IMG/VR virus record: IMGVR_UViG_3300025400_000009
Length of the DNA stretch: 64,000 nucleotides
From: an uncultured virus (IMG/VR IMGVR_UViG_3300025400_000009)
Lineage: Duplodnaviria > Heunggongvirae > Uroviricota > Caudoviricetes
Reading direction: 5' to 3' (one strand)
The translations under genes were made by a program, and so were the position numbers. Below the pieces are notes generated by a model. It ran no database searches. It saw nothing but the letters and a program-made list of their open reading frames with translations, and was not told the origin of the DNA. The first letter of the stretch is position 1; each line of letters starts with the position of its first letter. Of this stretch, positions 55,831 through 64,000 are shown piece after piece.

Positions 55831-58800
55831 TTATATTCCCATTGCCACAGCCATTGCTGTAGCAAATGCTGTAATATCTTGTCCATTTTGTTGTAAACTG
55901 CCTGCTACATTCAAGTTACCCTGAATTGTACCACCACTACTACTTATCGCATTGGCAATGCTTACAGAATTAAAGCTGATTACCCCAATCACTGTGCCAT
56001 TGCTTGGTATACTACTGAATACAATGCTTGTACCATTGTTGGCAGTATAGGTAGTTGGATACTGTAGTACACCGTTTTGGTAAACTTGTACTGTTGCTGT
56101 ATTGTAGTTTGTGGCAAATGTTGTAGTTGTACCATTACTTGTATACTGGTTAAAGATGTAGGCTTGTTGTCCGCTTGGGTTAAATGACTGCTGACTAATA
56201 ACTTGAACAACATCACCAGCATTTCTAGGTGTAGCCAATACAACTGTACTGCCATTGCTGGCTGTAAAGTCACCTGCTACAGAACTCAAACTAATACCGT
56301 TAACAAATACCTGTATTTGTCCAACTACATAACCGCCACTGATAGCAAATGTTGTGGTATTTGCCGCTGCGGTAAATGTTTGTATGCTGTTTGGTAATAG
56401 TTGTGTGCCACCTGCATAAACACTACCAGCATACAATGCTCCACCGACTCCGACACCACCTGCTACAGTTAGTGCGCCAGTAGTAGTTGAAACAGAAGCA
56501 GTAGTTGCAGACAACACCACAGGCACGCTAAATGTTGCGGTATTGTCGTCCATTACCAACGAATACACCCAGTTTACAGTACTAGTATTGGCAGGTGCTG
56601 TTCTAAATTCATGGCGGCCGTTGCCAAGATGTTGAATGTATAATAAACTCTTTTGTAGGTTAGTGTCTTGGGCCCATGGACCACCATAAACCGCATTAGT
56701 GGAAAGATTTAAACCATTGCCATCTGACCCAACTCTAGCTGTCGAAGTAGTTGTAGCGTTTACAAATCTTAGTTTTTCCCATATAGCAGAGTTAATAACA
56801 TTAGCGGCTGTTGTAGTTGCAGTACTACCAACAGTAATCGATCCGGTGCTCGGATTGATACTGAAAGTACTGGTTGTGTATTCTGGTAAAGCCTGTGCTG
56901 TTGCAGTGTTTACACTGACAAAGACTGGATAATATGTAGCATTAGTTGCAGTAGCTTGTACCGTCACTCCAGATGCATTACCAGTACCTGTGCTGACCGC
57001 ATAACCGTTAACATAGAAGTTTGTAGCAGTTACAACACCATTAAAGTAGCCGCTGCCGTTTACTGCAAGTTTTTCACCAGCAATTGAAGTTGTTGATGCA
57101 TATCCAATACCAGTATAACCCAAGAAGGAGTTTGCTGCCAATGCGTCTGCCTGACTAATACCCCAACGGTTAGTGATGCTACCATATGTACTGACTGTTG
57201 GTGCCCCAAGATACATGCCCCAACTGTTAACTACTGTTACAGTGCTAGCAGACCCGATAGTACCGCCACCACTGCTATAAAAAGCATAACTGTTGGTGAT
57301 AACCGACGAAGTGTTGGAAGTCAAGTTGGCAGCAACACCAGTAGCATTTCCGCCAGCCAAAAATTGGTATAGAGCACCAGCACTGCCTTGATTGACGATG
57401 GCCTGACTATACATACCAACGATAGCACTGGTATATGCTGAAGATGATGTGAGGGATTGATTGCCAGATTGACTGTATATGCCATAGATCGCATTAGCAG
57501 GTCCTACATCATTTATATTATCTCTAAGTGATTGGTTGATAATACCATACCATGAAACATTTGATGTTGCAGTACTTGAAAGTATTACCGGCTGATTCCA
57601 GAAACTATAGATAGTTGAATTTCCATTGACATTAAACTGTGGAGCATTCAACAATCCTGCTGTGACTTGCCCAGCAGCAGTGGTATAAGGTGTAGAATTT
57701 TGTAATAGATTAAAAATTTGGCTGGTAGTAGTAATCGCCCCAGTGATATTAACATAAGGTAATGTACTCGGGCCACCATTACTGACAAACTGACTAGAAG
57801 TTGTAATACCACCAACAAATAATCCGCCACCAATACCCACACCGCCAGCAACTGTTAAAGCACCGGTATTAGTTGATGTCGAAGCAGCAACGCCATTAAT
57901 AGCTGTGGAAGTATTAACTGTTATTGCAGTTCCATTCCACGACATAACAGCTGAACTTGTTGTTCTTGTATTCAAGAATGTAATGTTTGGACTGCCTACA
58001 ACAGTATCATCACCTTGTACAATCAAGTTACCGTTACTACCTGCAACTCTTTGTAGCGTTAAACTGTATGCTGTATTTGATGTTGTTGACCCAGTACCAA
58101 CATTAGAACCTGCACTGCCAGCAAAATATCCAGAACCAGTGAATGTTACAGCCCCATTACCTGGATTGATTGTAAAACTACTTGTTGTATATTCAGCTTG
58201 ACCAGCCGTTGTCGATGTGTTTAATGTATTGACAAAAGTTGGATAATAAAGGGCATTGTTAGTGGTTGCTAATGTAACTACTGTAGATGCAGTGCTAACA
58301 ATAGTACTCAATGTACCAATAAATGTACCGTAGAATGTTGTAGCTGTAACAACACCAGTGACATTTATGTTTGCCCCGGACAAGTTGTTTAGTTTTAAGT
58401 TAGCATACGCACCCTGCCAAGCAAAGCCGCTGGTACCAACTGTGGCTACACCTAATCTTAATGTAGTATCAGCAGCATTAGTGTCAGGACCAAATGCCCA
58501 CCAGTTACCACTTGCCCAGTTACCGGTGTATTGTGGGACACCTGCTGCGGTTGAATACTTGCCATTAGCAAATGCATAGGGGTTATTGGCTGATCCTAAC
58601 TGGCTAGCTGCACTACCTATCTGTAAAACACTGCCGCCAGTTACGGCTGCTATTGGACTAGTGATACCACCTAATAAGAAGTTGCCGTTGGTGTCAATCG
58701 CAGCACCTAATGTTGTGCTGTTGATGTTAAAGTTTAATGCACCTGAGCTACCAAATGTTGTAGCAGTTACAACGCCACCTACAAATAGTCCGCCACCAAT

Positions 58801-61800
58801 ACCAACACCCCCAGTTACTTGTAAAGCACCGCTTGTGGCTGAGTTTGATGATTGTGTTGATAGAATTCTTACATTACCCACGCCGTTGGTTAAAATAACA
58901 CTACCTGTAGATTGGTTATTAATTCTTACATCAGTATTTGATGTAGTCGAAGCGTTATTAATCCATAGGTTGCCATCACTGATTGAATGAATATGGAAAT
59001 TGCCATCATCAAATATTTGTCCATGTGTGCCAATATATACGCCACCAGGATTTCCACTTGCAACTTGTAATGATCCGCCGACGTTTATAGCACCAGTGGC
59101 CGCGTTGATGTAAAAACTGCTGGTTGTGTATTCACTCTGATAACCAGCAGTGGCGTTATTTGAACTAACAAATACTGGATAGTAACTTGCATTACCAGTT
59201 TGTGCTACTGTCAATACATTATTAGCGTTTGTAGCAGTACCGGCACTTAACCCACTGACTGCTGTCCAAGTTGCTGTTGTTGCACCTGCGGTCAACACAT
59301 AACCTGCGTTACCTAATGGAATAAATGCGGTTGTACCGGCTGCTGATTGAATTGGAATACTACCAGTAGCACCACTAGCAATGTTTGTAGCAGTAGTAGC
59401 AGTGCCTGTTAAGTTACCAGTAACATTACCAGTAACATTAGCAATCACAGTGGTAGCAGTTACAATACCGTTAACATATACACCACCATTAACGCTGAAT
59501 ATTTCACCTTTTTGTGTACTAGTATAAGAACCAACACTGCTATAACTTGTAGCAAAATGGTTAGCAGATTTAAGACCAGTTGCAGCAGTTCCACCTACTA
59601 CCCAGTTAGCTACACCATCAAAGTAAAACGATGCATACGCAGTACTTGAACTAGCGCCTATATAAAGACCACTGTTGATTGCTAATAGTGCAGTTGTACT
59701 GCCGGTGCTCAATATAATGGCACTGTCACCGCTACTAATAACATTTTTGTTGACAACAAACTGTGTACCATCAACATACAAATCGCCAGCAATGTAAGCA
59801 GTACCGCCTACATTTAATCCACCGCCAATACCAACCCCACCACTGACTACTAAAGCACCTGAGCTGGTACTGTTGGTAGCTGAAGTTGAATAAACTGTTA
59901 GGTTACCGCTGGTATCTAACTGCATTCTAGTAACACCAGGAGTAAACCAACGGAACGCACCGCTATAGTTGTCTATTTCCCAGTTTTGTGCAGTATTGCC
60001 ATTAAAGAAACCGGCTCTGGGACTTGGTGTTCCCGAACCTGATATACCAATAAACACACCTGGTTGAGTTGTGCTTTCGTTAAATGCACCAGCAAACTGT
60101 CCGTAACCAGCAGTGATAATGTTGCCGCCTAGACCAATACCACCCGATACAACCAATGCACCAGTTGTAGTTGTTGTAGATAATGCTGTAGAAGTTATTA
60201 ATGTTGGTACAGAAATAGTGCTACTTGTTGTATTCAACACCATTAATGAAGTAAATCCGCTAGTGGCTCGGAATATAAACTGTCCGCCTTGGGCAGCATT
60301 GACAGACGAATCAAAGTACATGATACTGCTAACAGTGGACAAATCACGAATTGCCATGTTAGCAGGACCAGAACTAGCTTGCATACCTAAAGCAATGTTG
60401 TTATAAGCACCATTGCCTGCTAGGAATGCTGTACCACCAGTACCGTTGACTGCACCTGTTACAGTGCCGCCAATACTGATATTACCGGTAGCCGCATTAA
60501 TACTAAAACTACTTGTTGTATATTCGCTTTGATAAGCAGCAGTGGCATTGTTGGCACTGACAAATGTTGGATAATAAGTTGTATTAGCAGGCTGTGCGGC
60601 TGTTAGAATGTTATTGGCATTTGTAGCAGTACCGGCACTTAAACCGCTAACTGCGGTCCATGTAGCAGTAGTTGCACCTGCTGTTAACACATAACCTGCA
60701 TTACCTAACGGAATGTATGCAGTTGTACCAGCAGCCGATTGGATTGGAATACTGCCAGTAGCACCGCCAGAAATATTATTTGCCGTTACAGCCAATGCCA
60801 TTAATGTTGCTGTATTCAATGTCAATGTGACATTGGTACTTCCATTGAACGAACTACCTAGAATACCTGTACCTGTTGACAGTGTACCTATCGTTGAATA
60901 AGCAGTAGCAGCATTAGTAGCAGTAGATGCAGTTACAGCATTAGCGACTAGAGTTGCTGTGTTAAATGCTAGGGCATAGGTAGCAGTTGTGGCCCAAGTA
61001 GAAGTAAATGCAGTTACCGCATTGGCAACCAATGTTGCTGTGTTAAAACTTTGTGCAAATGTAGCAGTAGTTGCCAAACCAACCATAATGGTTGCTGTGT
61101 TTGAAGCATAAACATTACCATAGAAGTTTGTAGCAGTTACCGTTCCACCAACAAATACACCACCAGCAATGCCAACACCACCTGCTACTTGTAAAGCACC
61201 AGTGTTAGTTGAACTAGCAGCGGTAGTTCCATTAATAATATGATTTGTACTAGTTAATGATCCAGTAACAGTTAATCCACCGTTAATACTAACAATGCCT
61301 GTGCTTGGGTTAATACTAAAACTACTAGTTGTATATTCGCTTTGATAAGCAGCAGTGGCATTGTTTGTGCTAACTAAAGTTGGATAATAGTCGGCGTTGG
61401 CTGTTTGTGCCGCTGTTAAAATGTTATTAGCATTGGTTGCAGTACCAGCAGTTAAACTACCCAATGCTTGCCATGTAGCAGTGGTTGAACCAGCAGTTAA
61501 TACATATCCACTAGAACCTAATGGGATATATGCAGTTGTACCAGCCGCTGACTGAATTGGAATGCTACCTTGAGCACCACCAGTAATATTGTTTGCGTTT
61601 GTAGCTGTTACGGCATTGACAGCATTGGCAACTAAAGTTGCTGTATTAAATGCCTGTGCGTAAGTAGCAGTTGTAGCCCATGTAGCAGTAAATGCAGTCA
61701 CAGCATTAGCAACTAGTGTTGCTGTATTAAATGCTAGAGCATAGGTAGCAGTTGTAGCCCAAGTAGCGGTATAAGCATTAACAGCGTTGGCAACTAAAGT

Positions 61801-63339
61801 TGCTGTGTTAAAACTTTGTGCGTAGGTAGCAGTTACAGCCAATGCCATTAATGTTGCTGTATTCAATGTCAATGTGACATTGGTACTTCCATTAAATGAA
61901 CTACCTAAAATACCTGTACCAGTCGAAAGCGTACCTATGGTTGAATAGGCAGTAGCAGCGTTAGTAGCAGTAGATGCAGTTACAGCATTGGCAACTAGTG
62001 TTGCTGTATTGAAACTCTGTGCGTAGGTAGCTGTTGTAGCCAAACCAACCATAATGGTTGCAGTGTTAGTTGCAAAAACATTACCGTAGAAGTTTGTAGC
62101 AGTTACATTACCACCAATATAAGCATTACCAGAAATACCAACGCCACCATACACTACCATTGTACCAGTAGCAGTAGATGTAGCTGGTGTATTTGGTGTA
62201 TTCATTACCACAGCGATTGCTGCATTGGTTACTGTAGAAGTTGTTCCATTGGCCAGTACAAATCGCATCTGTGTACCGCTGGTCAATGTACCAAATACCA
62301 AGTCACCTAAACCTGCTGTGGCATTTTGACCAACCATTAAATAACCGTCGTTTGGTCCTATTGTTGTTCCTAAACTATATAACTGTGTGCCATCAAAGGT
62401 ACTGCTGGCAATACCCATGTCAATGTAAGCAGAACTCAACGAAACGTTATCTGCAGATGCAACAATATCAGTTGATGCTTTTGCACCTGGGTTAATGTTT
62501 TGTACATTAACTTCCATGTAGTTGTTTAGGTTACCGGATGCTTGGAACATGGTTTGAGCAAATGGGGTAAAGTTTGTTATACCCGCGTACAATGCTCCAC
62601 TGCCTGTCGCATCACCGTAGAATGTACCACTATTAGCAACCAGCGTATTCAACAAAACATTGGTTCCTGTAATAATACCTGTAACATATAAGTTACCAGT
62701 TAAGTAACCGTCCCCGTTAATATTAAAACCGTTGTTACCACCGATGCCACCAGCAACATATAAGGCATTGGAACTATAAGAACTTGTACTACTTTGAGTG
62801 CTGGTTACGATTAATGTTGCTACTTGATTAGTAAAACTTGGGCCGCTTGTTCCATTGCTAACCAACAATGTTCCAGCAGTACCTGGTCCGGTGAAGGCAG
62901 TTGAACCAACAGCAGATTGATAAGGTACTTGACCAGCGGTACCGCCTGCTAGATTAGTAGCAGTTGTAGCACTGCCTGCACTTAAACCACTGATAGCAGT
63001 CCAAGTGGCTGTATTTGACCCAGCAGTTAGCACATATCCGTTAGTGCCTAGAGGAATAAATGCAGTTGTGCCAGCAGCACTTTGAATAGGGATGCTACCA
63101 GTAGCACCACTAGCAATGTTTGTAGCAGTAGTAGCAGTACCGGTTAAGTTACCAACATGCAGGGTAGCAGTAACAGTGCCACCGACAAATAGTCCTCCTG
63201 CAATACCTGCTCCGCCCGCAACTTGTAAGGCGCCTGAATTAGTACTAGTTGTTGCTAATGTAGATAATATTGTAGCCGTATTTTCGACCACAATACCTTT
63301 TCTGACTCTGAAGTCAGCGGTTTGTGCTGTTATTGCCAT
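55831..63339 (-). CDS. Giant modular tail-fibre-like protein (2502 aa)
   Basis: Thr/Ala/Gly-rich, with repeated GAL.V.GG.GI.G, ATGSIPIQSAAGTT and YYP...EYTTSSF modules. Confidence 0.85.
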   Translation of the reverse strand: MAITAQTADFRVRKGIVVENTATILSTLATTSTNSGALQVAGGAGIAGGLFVGGTVTATLHVGNLTGTATTATNIASGATGSIPIQSAAGTTAFIPLGTNGYVLTAGSNTATWTAISGLSAGSATTATNLAGGTAGQVPYQSAVGSTAFTGPGTAGTLLVSNGTSGPSFTNQVATLIVTSTQSSTSSYSSNALYVAGGIGGNNGFNINGDGYLTGNLYVTGIITGTNVLLNTLVANSGTFYGDATGSGALYAGITNFTPFAQTMFQASGNLNNYMEVNVQNINPGAKASTDIVASADNVSLSSAYIDMGIASSTFDGTQLYSLGTTIGPNDGYLMVGQNATAGLGDLVFGTLTSGTQMRFVLANGTTSTVTNAAIAVVMNTPNTPATSTATGTMVVYGGVGISGNAYIGGNVTATNFYGNVFATNTATIMVGLATTATYAQSFNTATLVANAVTASTATNAATAYSTIGTLSTGTGILGSSFNGSTNVTLTLNTATLMALAVTATYAQSFNTATLVANAVNAYTATWATTATYALAFNTATLVANAVTAFTATWATTATYAQAFNTATLVANAVNAVTATNANNITGGAQGSIPIQSAAGTTAYIPLGSSGYVLTAGSTTATWQALGSLTAGTATNANNILTAAQTANADYYPTLVSTNNATAAYQSEYTTSSFSINPSTGIVSINGGLTVTGSLTSTNHIINGTTAASSTNTGALQVAGGVGIAGGVFVGGTVTATNFYGNVYASNTATIMVGLATTATFAQSFNTATLVANAVTAFTSTWATTATYALAFNTATLVANAVTASTATNAATAYSTIGTLSTGTGILGSSFNGSTNVTLTLNTATLMALAVTANNISGGATGSIPIQSAAGTTAYIPLGNAGYVLTAGATTATWTAVSGLSAGTATNANNILTAAQPANTTYYPTFVSANNATAAYQSEYTTSSFSINAATGNISIGGTVTGAVNGTGGTAFLAGNGAYNNIALGMQASSGPANMAIRDLSTVSSIMYFDSSVNAAQGGQFIFRATSGFTSLMVLNTTSSTISVPTLITSTALSTTTTTGALVVSGGIGLGGNIITAGYGQFAGAFNESTTQPGVFIGISGSGTPSPRAGFFNGNTAQNWEIDNYSGAFRWFTPGVTRMQLDTSGNLTVYSTSATNSTSSGALVVSGGVGIGGGLNVGGTAYIAGDLYVDGTQFVVNKNVISSGDSAIILSTGSTTALLAINSGLYIGASSSTAYASFYFDGVANWVVGGTAATGLKSANHFATSYSSVGSYTSTQKGEIFSVNGGVYVNGIVTATTVIANVTGNVTGNLTGTATTATNIASGATGSIPIQSAAGTTAFIPLGNAGYVLTAGATTATWTAVSGLSAGTATNANNVLTVAQTGNASYYPVFVSSNNATAGYQSEYTTSSFYINAATGAINVGGSLQVASGNPGGVYIGTHGQIFDDGNFHIHSISDGNLWINNASTTSNTDVRINNQSTGSVILTNGVGNVRILSTQSSNSATSGALQVTGGVGIGGGLFVGGVVTATTFGSSGALNFNINSTTLGAAIDTNGNFLLGGITSPIAAVTGGSVLQIGSAASQLGSANNPYAFANGKYSTAAGVPQYTGNWASGNWWAFGPDTNAADTTLRLGVATVGTSGFAWQGAYANLKLNNLSGANINVTGVVTATTFYGTFIGTLSTIVSTASTVVTLATTNNALYYPTFVNTLNTSTTAGQAEYTTSSFTINPGNGAVTFTGSGYFAGSAGSNVGTGSTTSNTAYSLTLQRVAGSNGNLIVQGDDTVVGSPNITFLNTRTTSSAVMSWNGTAITVNTSTAINGVAASTSTNTGALTVAGGVGIGGGLFVGGITTSSQFVSNGGPSTLPYVNITGAITTTSQIFNLLQNSTPYTTAAGQVTAGLLNAPQFNVNGNSTIYSFWNQPVILSSTATSNVSWYGIINQSLRDNINDVGPANAIYGIYSQSGNQSLTSSSAYTSAIVGMYSQAIVNQGSAGALYQFLAGGNATGVAANLTSNTSSVITNSYAFYSSGGGTIGSASTVTVVNSWGMYLGAPTVSTYGSITNRWGISQADALAANSFLGYTGIGYASTTSIAGEKLAVNGSGYFNGVVTATNFYVNGYAVSTGTGNASGVTVQATATNATYYPVFVSVNTATAQALPEYTTSTFSINPSTGSITVGSTATTTAANVINSAIWEKLRFVNATTTSTARVGSDGNGLNLSTNAVYGGPWAQDTNLQKSLLYIQHLGNGRHEFRTAPANTSTVNWVYSLVMDDNTATFSVPVVLSATTASVSTTTGALTVAGGVGVGGALYAGSVYAGGTQLLPNSIQTFTAAANTTTFAISGGYVVGQIQVFVNGISLSSVAGDFTASNGSTVVLATPRNAGDVVQVISQQSFNPSGQQAYIFNQYTSNGTTTTFATNYNTATVQVYQNGVLQYPTTYTANNGTSIVFSSIPSNGTVIGVISFNSVSIANAISSSGGTIQGNLNVAGSLQQNGQDITAFATAMAVAMGI

Positions 63340-63423
63340 TTATTCGCTTCCCTTTCCACGTGTAACGGCGGTTACTGATATGTTATTTATATGTTTTGGA
63401 AATTAAGGGTTAGGTACTGCTAT

Positions 63424-63739
63424 TTAGGCCGTAGTTGATGTAGTAAAACTGATTATACCTGTGCCAGAAGTAAACACATAAATGTAGTTTCCAGATGTAT
63501 TTGTAAATGAATAGTTTAGTGTTCCTGGTATAGACATAACAGCATATGTATTGGGATAACTTACTATAACCACACCTGATCCGCCATTGCCGCCGTTAGT
63601 AGCTCCCTGGCTTTGATTCTCGCCGCCGCCAGCAACTACTAAAATCTGTACTGTATTAGTAGTTAAAAAATATGTAGTTACAGGTATATGTGATTAATGT
63701 CACTGCTCCATTAAACGATAACCCGCCACTAATATTCAT
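63424..63739 (-). pseudogene. Frameshifted, internally deleted glycine-rich protein remnant
   Basis: The ATG 63739 frame stops after 27 aa. Another frame continues VQILVVAGGG...GGNGGSGVVIVSYP...YIYVFTSGTG to TAA at 63424; total length is 3n+1. Confidence 0.6.
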
Positions 63740-63741
63740 TA

Positions 63742-64000
63742 TTAAATCGCAATCGCAGTACGCTGTAGTTTAATAACCATTGAACTTGGGCTAGTTGGTG
63801 TAAACTTCAATACGACATTTGTACCAGAATAAGCTGCATCAAATGTTCCTAGTTCACCGTTATTAGTCATAACCGCATATTCTGTCATGTAAACATTAGT
63901 GCCACCATCTTGGAACAACATGATTTTCTCAACATGGATATTTGGCAAATCGGTGATTTGAACTGTGTACTCTGCACTTCTGTAACTGCTTGTACTAAAT
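63742..64000 (-). CDS. Virion structural protein, C-terminal part (partial)
   Basis: Frame open to the window end: ...YRSAEYTVQITDLPNIHVEKIMLFQDG..VYMTEYA...LKFTP. Confidence 0.7.
   Translation of the reverse strand, partial: FSTSSYRSAEYTVQITDLPNIHVEKIMLFQDGGTNVYMTEYAVMTNNGELGTFDAAYSGTNVVLKFTPTSPSSMVIKLQRTAIAI

Noticed and set aside
49005..63339. Diversity-generating retroelement acting on the fibres
   Set aside because: No reverse transcriptase in the window; duplicated blocks are in-frame coding modules whose differences are not adenine-specific.
55989..63406. Numerous short + strand ORFs opposite the fibre and core genes
   Set aside because: Antisense shadows of codon-biased genes; no RBS or recognisable motifs.
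1..64000. Stop-codon reassignment, tRNA or rRNA genes
   Set aside because: Core genes translate full-length with the standard code and all three stops are used; no cloverleaf or rRNA-like sequence was recognised by eye.

Overview
A 64 kb segment of a large T4-like (myovirus) bacteriophage genome; no host genes, rRNA, tRNA or CRISPR array were seen. About 2.7-12.2 kb is an early-gene island of about 29 tiny ORFs. Most have their own near-consensus sigma70 promoter (TTGACA-N17-TATAAT, 22 on + and 2 on -) with a CA-rich leader and AGGAG. The island is bracketed by repeat-rich non-coding DNA, including a roughly 10 x 12-bp tandem array at 12.3 kb. About 12.6-30.5 kb holds auxiliary and replication genes: methyltransferase, 5'-nucleotidase, nucleotidyltransferase, AlgH/YqgE, gp41 helicase, gp61 primase, a roughly 200-aa miniature DnaE-like protein, an HldE-kinase/HldD/cupin sugar-nucleotide cassette, UvsW/UvsY/UvsX and gp32. 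About 30.6-47.6 kb holds packaging and morphogenesis genes (terminases, gp4, tail tube, sheath, dNMP kinase, gp13/14/15, Nudix). About 47.6-64 kb holds a glycosyltransferase and giant modular tail-fibre proteins. Late genes use a TAAATA element, often 4-8 nt from the start codon. The most notable items are the one-promoter-per-gene cassette array, an apparent -1 slippage site needed to make full-length gp15, the mini-DnaE, and a repeated-hairpin RNA. All product calls come from motif recognition by eye; no database searches were run.
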